From Mycobacterium leprae TN (lineage in GTDB: Bacteria; Actinomycetota; Actinomycetes; Mycobacteriales; Mycobacteriaceae): a stretch of 32,000 nucleotides of DNA. The stretch's first letter is position 1. The number at the start of each line of letters is the position of its first letter. The position numbers were made by a program, and so were the translations under genes. Location of the stretch: the NCBI RefSeq assembly GCF_000195855.1, contig NC_002677.1, positions 2,700,001-2,732,000 on the forward strand, read 5' to 3'. Positions 1 through 9,166 of this stretch are shown in pieces. The notes beneath the pieces were generated by a model. The model saw only the letters and a list, made by a program, of their open reading frames with translations. It did not search any database and had not been told where the DNA came from.

Positions 1-133
1 CCTTGTCTCGAGGAAAGCAAACCGAATCGATGACGATTACATCATTACCGGCGCGTGCCGCCCAGGTGGCTGCAGCTGACCCCGCTGGTCCGGCGCCCAC
101 CACTACCACGTCTGCGCTAGTCTCCACCCTCAC
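1..133 (-). CDS. menJ: 5' end (partial, runs off window) of an FAD-dependent geranylgeranyl-reductase-family flavoprotein, MenJ/Rv0561c-like
   Basis: Not in the ORF track (short, truncated by the window edge). The reverse complement of 1-133 reads, from a GTG start, VRVETSADVVVVGAGPAGSAAATWAARAGNDVIVIDSVCFPRDK. This is a GxGxxG Rossmann N-terminus typical of this family. It lies divergent to grcC1, as Rv0561c does in M. tuberculosis. Confidence 0.7.
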   Translation of the reverse strand, partial: MRVETSADVVVVGAGPAGSAAATWAARAGNDVIVIDSVCFPRDK

Positions 134-148
134 TAGTATGTTGGTTGG

Positions 149-1156
149 ATGACGACTACGCCGATGGTGGTAGCGGGCATTAATTTCGGAGACGCTGCGT
201 TTGCGGCGACTGTACAAGACAGGGTAGTGAGGATCGAGCAACTCATGGATGCCGAGTTGCGAGACACGGACGAGGTGATGACCGAGTCAGTACTACACTT
301 GTTCGCAGCCGGTGGTAAGCGGTTCCGACCGCTGTTTACAGTGCTATCCGCCCAGATCGGACCCCGGCCCGACGCTCCAGAAGTTATAATAGCCGGTGCG
401 GTCATTGAACTGGTCCACCTAGCGTCGCTTTACCACGACGACGTGATGGACGAGGCCGAGGTCCGGCGCGGGGCGCCCAGTGCCAACCTGCGATGGAGTA
501 ACAGCGTTGCCATTCTTGCCGGCGATTATCTATTTGCTACGGCGTCGCGGTTGGTATCACAGCTTGGACTGGATGCTGTGCGGATTATCGCTGACACGTT
601 TGCCCAGCTGGTGACCGGGCAGATGCGCGAAACCCGCGGTGTGCCGGAAGGTGCAGATTCGATCGAGCAGTACCTGAAGGTGGTGTATGAAAAAACGGGT
701 TGTCTGATCGGCTCGGCTGGTCGGCTTGGTGGTTTGTTTGCTGGCGCACACGCCGAGCAGGTCGAGCGGCTGAGCCGACTCGGGAGCATCGTGGGCACCG
801 CGTTTCAGATTTCCGACGACATCATCGATATCGACAGCGACTACACCAAGTCCGGCAAGCTTCCCGGCACAGATGTGCGTGAAGGCGTGCGCACTTTACC
901 GATACTCTATGCGCTGCGTGAGACCGGGCCCGATAGCGAGCGGCTACGAGCACTGTTGGCCGGACCCGTCGACAACGACGCAGAGGTAGTCGAAGCACTA
1001 GCGCTGTTGCGGGCGTCGCCCGGGATGGCGAGGGCCAGGCAAGTGTTGGCGCATTACGCGGACCAGGCCAGTGGCGAGCTGGCTCAGTTGCCCGACGGCC
1101 CCAGTCGGGATGCGCTGGCGACTCTGGTCGACTACACAACCAACCGGCACGGTTAG
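149..1156 (+). CDS. grcC1: Polyprenyl diphosphate synthase (trans-isoprenyl diphosphate synthase), GrcC1/Rv0562-like
   Basis: 335-aa ORF. Both Asp-rich prenyltransferase motifs are present: LYHDDVMDE and FQISDDIIDI (DDxxD). The alternative ATG at 164 is also a possible start. Confidence 0.95.
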   Translation: MTTTPMVVAGINFGDAAFAATVQDRVVRIEQLMDAELRDTDEVMTESVLHLFAAGGKRFRPLFTVLSAQIGPRPDAPEVIIAGAVIELVHLASLYHDDVMDEAEVRRGAPSANLRWSNSVAILAGDYLFATASRLVSQLGLDAVRIIADTFAQLVTGQMRETRGVPEGADSIEQYLKVVYEKTGCLIGSAGRLGGLFAGAHAEQVERLSRLGSIVGTAFQISDDIIDIDSDYTKSGKLPGTDVREGVRTLPILYALRETGPDSERLRALLAGPVDNDAEVVEALALLRASPGMARARQVLAHYADQASGELAQLPDGPSRDALATLVDYTTNRHG

Positions 1157-1266
1157 AGCGCAGGCAACTCCTGGGTCGCGGAACCCGCAGGGTTGTCCTG
1201 GGCGTTAAATTGTCAGTAGTCCGCAAGAACCGTTGTGTGTCGAAACCTTTGCAAGGAGGACACTGA

Positions 1267-2130
1267 ATGACCTGGCATCCCCAAGCAAACAGGTTGAAGA
1301 CCTTCGTCCTGTTGGTCGGTATGTCCACATTGATCGTGGTTGTCGGCGCGATATTTGGCAGGACGGCGCTTTTCTTTGCGACCCTGGTTGCTGTAGGAAT
1401 CAACGTCTACACGTACTACAACAGTGACAAGCTCGCGTTACGGGCGATGCATGCGCAACCGGTTTCGGAGGTGCAAGCACCGGTGATGTACCGGATCGTG
1501 CGCGAGCTGGCTACCGGAGCGCACCAGCCGATGCCGCGGCTCTATATAAGTGATACAAACGCGCCCAACGCTTTCGCCACTGGCCGTAATCCACGCAATG
1601 CCGCGGTGTGTTGCACTACCGGCATATTGGAGATCCTCAACGAGCGCGAGCTGCGTGCCGTGCTGGGGCACGAACTCTCTCACGTGTACAACCGTGACAT
1701 TCTGATCTCCTGTGTGGCCGGTGCGCTGGCAGGCGTGATTACCGCGCTGGCCAACATGGCCATGTGGGCTGGCACGTTTGGCACCACCCGGGACGAAGAG
1801 AATCCTTTTGCACTGCTGCTGGTTTCGTTACTGGGCCCGATCGCCGCGACGGTGGTGCGACTAGCGGTATCGCGATCGCGGGAGTATCAGGCCGACGAAT
1901 CGGGCGCTATGCTCACCGGCGACCCTCTGGCCCTGGCGTCGGCGTTACGCAAGATTTCCAGCGGCGTACAGGCAGCGCCGTTGCCCCCGGAACCGCAGCT
2001 GGCCAGCCAGGCGCACTTGATGATCGCCAACCCGTTCCGTGTTGGCGATCGGATCGGGTCACTGTTCTCGACACACCCGCCGATCGAAGACCGCATTCGC
2101 CGGCTAGAAACGATGGTGGCTGGTCGATAA
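1267..2130 (+). CDS. htpX: Membrane zinc metalloprotease HtpX (peptidase M48)
   Basis: 287-aa ORF with the HELSH (HExxH) zinc motif and hydrophobic N-terminal and central helices. An AAGGAGGA Shine-Dalgarno sequence lies about 7 nt upstream of the ATG. Confidence 0.95.
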
Positions 2131-2166
2131 GAACTAACCTGCACCCCTCCTGGTCTAAACGTCGAG

Positions 2167-2182
2167 CTGACCTTCGGGTCAG
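2167..2182 (+). terminator. Candidate stem-loop terminator downstream of htpX
   Basis: ctgacc-ttcg-ggtcag is a perfect 6-bp stem with a TTCG tetraloop, 37 nt after the htpX stop. There is no U-tract, which is common for mycobacterial hairpin terminators, and the stem is short. Confidence 0.3.
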
Positions 2183-2387
2183 AACATGCGTGGTTTCGCT
2201 GAGTTGATATCGCATGTTCCTGCTGTCTGTCTAGCCCCTTCGCGTTACGTTATTATTAGCCGAGCGATGGTGTGGTCAATCGACCATCACATGCTGTATC
2301 AAATCCGGCGTAAAACTGCATATACTTACTACGCCGAAGTAACCTGACGGCGACAAATAACATCCTAACGTCGCACTTTGTATCGAG

Positions 2388-2420
2388 GCCGCCATACACT
2401 AGTGACACTAGTGCGGCGGG
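2388..2420. repeat. Tandem copy of the palindrome-containing unit acactagtg (x2), flanked by GC-rich arms
   Basis: The sequence reads gccgccat-acactagtg-acactagtg-cggcggg. cactagtg is its own reverse complement. The element lies in the 527-bp convergent spacer between htpX and the SulP gene. Confidence 0.5.
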
Positions 2421-2657
2421 CACAGACCACCGACCAACACCTAATCGCCAATATCCGCTGAGGTGGCTACCAGCTTGTCGCTGACATGCAAGTTTATGTG
2501 GCTGAAGTAAGTTACCAGACCCCTCCACCGAACGCAGTTAATGCGGCAAGTTTACCGTCAGGACATCACCGCGTTGCATGCACAACTTGCCTCTCGAAGC
2601 TACTAGGCAAAGCGTGTGTCTCCTCTCTCCAATCAGTGCAATCTAGTGGGAGGGAAA

Positions 2658-4148
2658 TTACGCAGCGGCCTCTGGCTGCTGTTCGGGTCCGATCAAGTCA
2701 CCCATGGCGCAGCGAGAAAAGTGACCGGTCTCGACCACACCATTGATGTGAACCGTTCCACCGGTGGCGTGATGTTGTCGCTGCCAGTCGTGAATCGCCT
2801 GATGCGCGGCGTGATCGAGGTAATTTACTGAAATATTGACCGTGACCCGCGTGCAGGGAGGGACAGAAGCTAGTACGCGGGTAAGCCGGGGCAAAGCTAG
2901 GAATGTGCACGCTCCCGCGACGAGGACGTGCCACTCGTCACCAACGGGCTGGGCCTCGACCCTCGCTCGTATCACCCGCCATCCGGTCAACGCGATAGCC
3001 ACGGCGAGTCCTATCATTACGCCGTGCAGGAGATTGAGAAATACCACGCAGACGGCTGTCACCAGGTAGACGGCGAGATCCCCGTTCCGCAAGGCGGTTT
3101 CGATGTGGGCAGGTTTCAACAGCTGAACTCCGACGACTATGAGTAGTCCGGCAAGTGCTGCAGAGGGGATCTGGTCAACCAACCCGGCAAACGGAATCGT
3201 GAAAAGCAGGATCCAAATTCCGTGCATGATCGACGAAGCGCGGGATTTCGCACCCGCGATGACATTGGTTGAACTGCGCACAATTACCCCGGTGATGGGA
3301 AGCCCGCCGATCGCTCCGGACACTATGTTTGCAGCGCCCTGCCCGATCAACTCGCGGTTTAAGTCGGTGCGTGGCCCGTTGTGCATTTTGTCGAGTGAAA
3401 CCGCCGACAAGAGGCTCTCGACGCTGGCAATGAGCGCAACTGTGATCACGCCTAACACCACGGCGCCCCAGTGACCGTCGGGAAGCTTCGGCAGCTGCAA
3501 GACATCCAGCGAAGACCTGTTGTCGACCTGAATCCTCGACACATGGAACGGGAACACCACCGAGACAAGCGTCGTGACCACGATCGCGACCAGCGGGCCA
3601 GGGATCCGGGCCACTCGGGCAGGAACCCACCGCCAGGCAATCAATATAGTTATCACTAATACACCAAGAATGACCCCAGGCCGGTGCGCACCCAGGATTT
3701 GACTTGGCAAGCCAATGGCGTTGTGCCAAGCAGTGCTTTTCGATTTTCCGCCGAGCAGTACATGGGCCTGTTGAAGTGCGATCGTGATGCCGACACCGGC
3801 CAACATGGCGTGTACTACGACGGGCGATATTGCCAGTGCGGCTCGCGCAACGCGGCTAAGCCCCAGCAGTACTTGCAGAACACCCGCTGCCACAGTGATA
3901 AAACACGTTACTCCCCAACCGAAATCGGAGATCAGATCGGCTATGACGACTGTCAGCCCGGCTGCAGGACCACTGACCTGCAGTGGTGATCCACCCAAGG
4001 CTCCAGCGACGATCCCTCCAACAATAGCGGCAATTAGGCCCGCGAGCACCGGTGTGTCCGAGGCGATTGCTATGCCCAAGGACAACGGGAGCGCTACCAG
4101 GAACACTACAAGTGACGCGGGCAAGTCATACCGGATAGCGGATCGCAA
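2658..4148 (-). CDS. SulP-family inorganic anion (sulfate/bicarbonate-type) transporter with C-terminal STAS-like domain
   Basis: 496-aa polytopic membrane ORF. The N-terminus DLPASLVVFLVALPLSLGIAIAS...LQVSGPAAGLTVV is typical of SulP. The soluble C-terminal ~100 aa resembles STAS. The TTG start is preceded by an in-frame TGA and a GAGGGAG SD about 7 nt upstream. Confidence 0.88.
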   Translation of the reverse strand: MRSAIRYDLPASLVVFLVALPLSLGIAIASDTPVLAGLIAAIVGGIVAGALGGSPLQVSGPAAGLTVVIADLISDFGWGVTCFITVAAGVLQVLLGLSRVARAALAISPVVVHAMLAGVGITIALQQAHVLLGGKSKSTAWHNAIGLPSQILGAHRPGVILGVLVITILIAWRWVPARVARIPGPLVAIVVTTLVSVVFPFHVSRIQVDNRSSLDVLQLPKLPDGHWGAVVLGVITVALIASVESLLSAVSLDKMHNGPRTDLNRELIGQGAANIVSGAIGGLPITGVIVRSSTNVIAGAKSRASSIMHGIWILLFTIPFAGLVDQIPSAALAGLLIVVGVQLLKPAHIETALRNGDLAVYLVTAVCVVFLNLLHGVMIGLAVAIALTGWRVIRARVEAQPVGDEWHVLVAGACTFLALPRLTRVLASVPPCTRVTVNISVNYLDHAAHQAIHDWQRQHHATGGTVHINGVVETGHFSRCAMGDLIGPEQQPEAAA

Positions 4149-4170
4149 TCAGTCGCTCCCTCGATCTCGA

Positions 4171-4235
4171 TAGGTTCTTAAGGTTTTATTATTTTATAGT
4201 TAGTTATATATAGCATATACATAATTTATATATCG
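4171..4235. promoter_or_regulatory. Extremely AT-rich tract immediately upstream of the SulP gene (likely promoter / nucleoid-protein binding region)
   Basis: By my count there are about 12 G/C in 65 nt (~18% GC) against a ~58% GC background. It is rich in TATATA/TTATA runs and begins 23 nt upstream of the TTG start. Confidence 0.35.
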
Positions 4236-4285
4236 TTGAGGCACGTTGCAAACATCCCGTCCCTTAACCCGTATTGGCCTTTGGC

Positions 4286-4306
4286 GTTGCATAGCAACTA
4301 TGCAAC
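4286..4306. repeat. Perfect 9-3-9 inverted repeat gttgcatag-caa-ctatgcaac
   Basis: Read directly from the sequence. It is intergenic, about 140 bp upstream of the SulP start and downstream of the gpdA1 pseudogene. It could be an operator or a hairpin. Confidence 0.6.
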
Positions 4307-4469
4307 TCACCTACACAGAGGTAGAATACAAAAGTACTCCAGCTCCGTTGTTCGAGTCAGAGTAGCTGCCTACTGGCAGGTTCGATGGTATTGGGGCGGC
4401 CGGGTGTGGGTCAAGTTGGCGAATCACGTGCATACCGAATCCTTGCAGTTAAACAACACGTACTGTTTG

Positions 4470-5490
4470 GTGAGACTAGCACCTCGAGTGTGCACATCAT
4501 GGCCGAGGACTTCGGTGATCAGGCCGCTACTATAGGTTCGTTCTACGGTCGAGGCATGGTTGATCACCACGTCGACTTCGCGGGTGATCGGCATAGTTTG
4601 AGACCGAATTCTCCGGCAAACTCCATGACCACACTGGCGGCCTTGCCTCCTCGGCGATCGGGTTCATCGATGCGATGATCTCATAATAGCGTCTTCCCCG
4701 AGCCTGGTTGTTCACCGCCGTGGAGGTTGTAGCTAAGTTGATTGGTACAAGTGACGATGGGGTTGCCAGACCGGCCAGGCCCGAGAAAAGTTTCGCTGCG
4801 CCCACCCAAAGGCCATGCCTAACTTCGTCATCTCGCGCAGGCGATCACTAGCGCGCGGGTGTTTTACCGATGCCCGATGCGTAACCCATCCCGACCACGA
4901 TGGCGAAGATGTTCTTCAGCGCACCCGCTCGATGACATCGTCGGTGGTGTAGACGCGGAAGCGCCAAGTGTGGAACAACGTCGCCAGCCGGGTAGCCAGA
5001 TGTTGGTCGAGCATCGCCAGCACCGCAACGGCGGCTTATACTTCGGCCACCTCCCGGGCGATGTTCGGCCCATCACATACAGGATTCCCACCGGATGACC
5101 GGGCAGCACTTTCTCGACGATCTCGTGACATCCGACGGGAATCCTTGGACCAGCGACACCACCGGCACCCACAGCCGCAGTTCCTTGGCTAGTTTGATTT
5201 TGATTTGAGTATGCCTCAGAAAAACCATCAAGGGTAAACCCATGACGACGTCGGAACATTAATTAAGCGGCCTCCGAGAACTAAATGGCAGCCGTGCAGG
5301 ATGTTGCTCAGGACGATGTCGTTTCCGAGGCAGCGGCTGTTGCGGTGAGTTCGTTGATGTCTCTTGGTTGTTACCTAGGAGCGTACCCATTGCAGCGTCG
5401 GTCCGCGGTGCGCGCAGATTTACGCTACGGTGGTGCCCCACGAGCCGTCATCGGGAACAACGACTTTAAGTGCGCACTGTTCTCAGCTAC
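4470..5490 (-). pseudogene. gpdA1: NAD(P)H-dependent glycerol-3-phosphate dehydrogenase pseudogene (GpsA/GpdA1, Rv0564c-like)
   Basis: Minus-strand fragments in several frames, with in-frame stops:
- VVVPDDGSWGTTVA*ICAHRGPTLQWVRS*...HRNSRCLGNDIVLS (N-terminal GxGxWG fold)
- LATRLATLFHTWRFRVYTTDDVI
- REMTKLGMAFG
- IIASMNPIAEEA
- MPITREVDVVINHASTVE. Confidence 0.8.
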
Positions 5491-5599
5491 TGTACTTAGG
5501 GTTCAGCGTATTGCTAAACACCATCGCCGCCGTTGATGCGGTCGAACCGATATTAGATCGCGTCGGCGAAGCGTTTCTGCCGGACGTTCCACGGTTGTA

Positions 5600-6791
5600 T
5601 TTAGTGTATATTTTAGTGCTTAACTTGGGCAGTGCGTGCAGCGATCGCAGTACTTAATCGACCTTGATGTCCCATGGCGATTTTTCAGTTGTAGGATCGG
5701 CATCTGAGTGTGGATAACCGTGAGAATCCATGCACGCCAAGAATTTCGCTATGGATCATGCTGTCAAGGCGTTCGCGTAAAGTCTAGGACGCATTCGTGC
5801 AACCCACACACACCAGAACAGGTTGGGTACATGCTTCGAGCATATGAACCTTGTAGACAAAGCAGTCACAGAGATTGATGATTAACCTTACATATTGATA
5901 CTGTCCAGCCTGATCGCCACGCCATCAAACACCTGCAACTGCAGCCCGGCGGCGGTGATGATGACTTCAGCGTCGAGATGTCCGCCGGACTCGAGTGCGA
6001 TACCGGTGGCGTCGAAATGGTCGACGTACTTCCACGTGGCCCGCAGCGATAGCGCGGTAGAGGTCGGCATCGGAGATCAGGCACATCCGCTTATCCCACA
6101 GTTGGTACCGCGGTTTAATAGTGAGTGTCGACACTGTAGCCGTCAAGAAAGTTGCTGACAGCCGTGCGTCGTGCTATCCACTTTACCACCTTCGGTGTTT
6201 TGTGGGCGATGAACCACAACACCGCCGCTTGTAACTTTTGTATATCCGGATGATAGAAATAGGAAGTCCGGCGGGGAAACATTTTACAAGAGACAAAAGC
6301 GAACTTGCTGTATTTGTATGCCGACATCAGATAGCACGGTGAGTGCTGCAGAATGGTTACCTTTTCGGCCCAGTCGGCTAGCGATGGATTAGCGTGACTG
6401 CGGGAGCGACAATATCGACCACTACCATACTTTTTGCTGGTGTAGCCCAACTCGTCCGACCAGTGCTGTGGATGCACACCGCCGCTGAATTACTCTATGC
6501 TGGGGAAATCTGGGGCGTAGCCTTCGTCGTAGTTGTAGTAGCTGCTACCAAAGAACACGAACTAGCAGAACAAGAGCTGGTTTACACCAACTTGTTCGAC
6601 GATCACCATCCAGGTGTCGGTAGCCGAATCCCAGTTCTCTGCGCGCACGGAACTGTTGAACCGGATGTGGTGGTCGTGGGGTCGATACCATACTTGCGCG
6701 CGGTGGGTCGATGGACCGCATCAAGGCCGGAAATACCGGCGCCGACGATAACCACGTCGACTTAGCCGGTGTTAACTTCTTGGGGGATCAT
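5600..6791 (-). pseudogene. EthA-like flavin-containing / Baeyer-Villiger monooxygenase pseudogene (Rv0565c-like)
   Basis: Minus-strand fragments:
- MIPQEVNTG*VDVVIVGAGISGL (FAD GxGxxG with a stop)
- YYYNYDEGYAPDFPSIE*FSGGVHPQHWSDELGYTSKKY (close to the BVMO fingerprint FxGxxxHxxxW)
- KPRYQLWDKRMCLISDADLYRAIAAGHVEV
- GCTNAS*TL

There are multiple stops, frameshifts and internal deletions. Confidence 0.8.
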
Positions 6792-6827
6792 GGTCGGAAC
6801 CTCCTTATGAGCCTAGGTATCTACTGT

Positions 6828-7315
6828 TTAGCGGACGAACTGCAAAGCGACATCACGGCCGGCGTTCTTCAGCATCGCGATAACGACCTGCAGGTCGTCA
6901 CGCCTTTTGCTGGTGAGGCGAATCGTAGCCCTGCATCTGGATTTTAACGGCCTTGGACCTCTCGTCGCGGATGAGCTTTAGTGATTTTCTTGGCGTTCCT
7001 ATTGTCGATACCTTGCTTGAGGGTACCGGTAATTTTGTACATCTTGCCGGAGATCCGTGGCTCGTTGGCGTCGAAAGCTTTAAACATTGAAATGTCGCGG
7101 CAGATCAGTTTTACGTTGACAACGTTCACGGCAGCCTTGACCCGCTCCTCGATGGACAACGTCAGCCCGACGGCCTCGTCGGCCTTCCACCTGCTCCCGG
7201 TGTCTGTGACGCGAAAATCAAAGTGTGTCGTTAGTTCCTTGGCGGCTTGGTTGAGCACATTGTCGACCTCCTGCCGGCCGACCTTGCTGACGATGGCGAA
7301 CGATGGGTCCACCAT
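6828..7315 (-). pseudogene. YajQ-family (UPF0234, nucleotide / c-di-GMP-binding) gene, Rv0566c-like, disrupted near the 3' end
   Basis: The N-terminal 120 aa are in frame: [35 protein letters not shown]...KKITK. The expected continuation [16 protein letters not shown] and then [31 protein letters not shown] is reached only after two successive +1 frame changes, near 6977-6979 and 6920-6933. Confidence 0.65.
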
Positions 7316-7384
7316 TCGGTCCGTCCCTTCTGCGGGTGACAACTGTTTGTGTTCTGTCTGCCCACTCGTTGTACCCTACTAGGC

Positions 7385-7468
7385 GGCAGGTTGCCCGAGC
7401 GGCCAATGGGAGCGGACTGTAAATCCGTCGCGAAAGCTACACAGGTTCGAATCCTGTACCTGCCACCA
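7385..7468 (+). tRNA. tRNA-Tyr (anticodon GTA), class II with long variable arm, CCA encoded
   Basis: - Acceptor stem: ggcaggt/acctgcc.
- Anticodon: stem gcgga/tccgt, loop ct-GTA-aa.
- T arm: acagg-ttcgaat-cctgt.
- Variable region: about 12 nt.
- 3' end: A-CCA. Confidence 0.9.
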
Positions 7469-7722
7469 AAAGTCAGCGACCGTTTTGGTTTCTGGTTACG
7501 CGTTTGAATATGCCTGAGTTGGTCAGGGTGTCATAATGTGAGCGAAAATAGCTGCACATGAGCACACCCAGGATGACAGAATTATATCTGTCAACGGGAA
7601 AAGTCACAATCCTCCATTAAGCATAGAGAACGCTGATGTCATCAACTAGCGCTTCCACGGCCACAGGACGATCAACATAAACGAAGCCAAAGCCATTTTA
7701 CCCCCTGTAGTTCTGTCGGAAG

Positions 7723-8304
7723 TTGTACAGTGTGAACGAGCCGCACCACGCCATCCTCACCGATCTGCTCAACACCTTTCGGTTTTCCGAAGTGCTCCAG
7801 CACATTGACGAGTATCAGCTGCGGCAGTCGATCGCCGGCCAGAAGGTCACTCCACTGGCCCGCGAATTGTATCGGAAAATTGATTGTTATAGTGAAGAAG
7901 ACCTCGTGGAGATCGCAGCCAAATCTCTGCGCGCCACTATCGCGTTGCACTCAGCCGTTGGTCAGCCACAAACATCCTCAGGGATTATCGATATCACCAT
8001 TCCTCGAGGATTGTGGACACCGCAGATAAAGATCCCTATCCGATGATATCACTTCGACCCCGAAAACTTCGACATAGGATGCGAAACACCCGATACCGGA
8101 GAACCCGGACCATCAGCATCATATAATGCTGAACGAAGTCTCATTCACGCATTTCGGCTGAACCACCGCGAGGGTGGCTACACCAACATGGCGAACCAAG
8201 TATTGAAAGCCTGGCTGCGTCGCAACAGCCAACCTTGCACCCTGCTGCGCATGGCAAAAGTGTTCCTGCGCGCGCTGCGCGCAACGCTGGCCATCTTGCG
8301 ATGA
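7723..8304 (+). pseudogene. AbiEi-family (type IV toxin-antitoxin / abortive infection) antitoxin gene interrupted by one in-frame TGA
   Basis: One continuous frame from 7723 to 8304, apart from the TGA at 8044-8046. It carries ...LARELYRKID...SLRATIALHSAVGQPQTSSGIIDITIPRGLWTPQIKIPIR*YHFDPENF...ERSLIHAFRLNHREGGYTNMANQVLKAWLRR, matching the AbiEi wHTH plus C-terminal domain pattern. Its stop overlaps the next gene's ATG (ATGA). Confidence 0.7.
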
Positions 8305-8806
8305 GCGCGCGCAGTCGCGTGAAACGTGCTATATCTAACTTAGCGTACTTGGACCTTCGACGCCAAGTGCGCGAAAAAGACGGTTCACCGCAGAATTGCT
8401 TTAGCTCCACGCGTTCGAAGGATTCCCCGCCTGACCTGTGCAGCCAGCCCGGTACGTAACCACTTCGGTACTTAAAGGCGGTGTGCTGTTGGCCGCCTCC
8501 GGTAATTGCCACCCAACCCGGGACATCGATCTGTCCGGTATCGACGTCAACAACGACGCCGCCACAGTTCTTAACCTGGTTCGCCCCGTCTTCACAAGTC
8601 GTCTTCCTGATGATGACGTCCTGATATACCAAGCTGATTCGGCTACTGCCGAGGTGACCAGCAAAGAGGATAACTACTCCGGTGTGCAAGTTACCGCCAC
8701 CACAACACTGGCCAGTGCACGCCTGACCTTTCATGTTGATGTCAGCGTTGGGTACCCCATCTACCCCCCGGTGCCCACCATTCGCAAACCAAGTTGAAGC
8801 GATCAC
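8301..8806 (+). pseudogene. AbiEii/AbiGii-family nucleotidyltransferase toxin pseudogene (5' part only, multiply disrupted)
   Basis: MSARSRVKRAISNLAYLDLRR... is followed by a frameshift. The sequence then reads FTAELL*LHAFEGFPA*PVQPARYVTTSVLKGGVLLAASGNCHPTRDIDL...TFHVDVSVGYPIYPPVP, which carries the hallmark AbiEii motifs. It is truncated after about 165 codons. Confidence 0.75.
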
Positions 8807-8859
8807 AGGAGGCCGAAGCGCTTGCAGCTAGGCAGGTGGAGAAGGCTAGGATCGCCGAG

Positions 8860-9166
8860 GAAGTGTGGGCTGTCCATTCGGCGGCCAAGTTGTGATCCAG
8901 GCCAAGCGATATAAGCACCCTATCGGCGTATACGCAGTATGCGACCTCTTCGTTACCTTGCAAACAAAGGAGCAGAGAAAGGAATTCGGGTAACAACTAA
9001 GCGGCTACGGGAAGGCCTCATTCGAATTCGCGCAGAACAAGCCAATCGAACTCATCGACGGAGGCAACCTGCTCTAAATCTGTTTAAAGAATATGCTGGT
9101 GTTTAGGCCAAGATCGAAGTGCCTGATGACTGGCGCGATCCTATCCCGGACGCCGAAGATAACTGA
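8860..9166 (+). pseudogene. Fragment of an Mrr-type (Mrr_cat) restriction-endonuclease-like gene
   Basis: PFGGQVVIQAKRYKHPIGVYAVCDLFVTLQTKEQRKEFG*QLSGYGKASFEFAQNKPIELIDGGNLL, then a frameshift, then LFKEYAGV*AKIEVPDDWRDPIPDAEDN*. The QAKRYK...SGYGKASFEFA...IELIDG pattern is characteristic of the Mrr catalytic C-terminus. The N-terminal two-thirds are missing. Confidence 0.6.

Noticed and set aside
4864-5259. 131-aa minus ORF that I first read as a possible luciferase-like monooxygenase or P450 remnant
   Set aside because: Reading the neighbouring frames gave a co-linear match to glycerol-3-phosphate dehydrogenase (FRVYTTDDVI, REMTKLG, MPITREVD, GSWGTT). The ORF is just one frame-fragment of the gpdA1 pseudogene.
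8141-8806. 221-aa minus-strand ORF, the longest open frame in the 7.5-9 kb region
   Set aside because: The plus strand carries clear AbiEi/AbiEii homology in the same interval. The minus-frame product has no recognisable motif and a low-complexity Gly/Cys/Arg composition.
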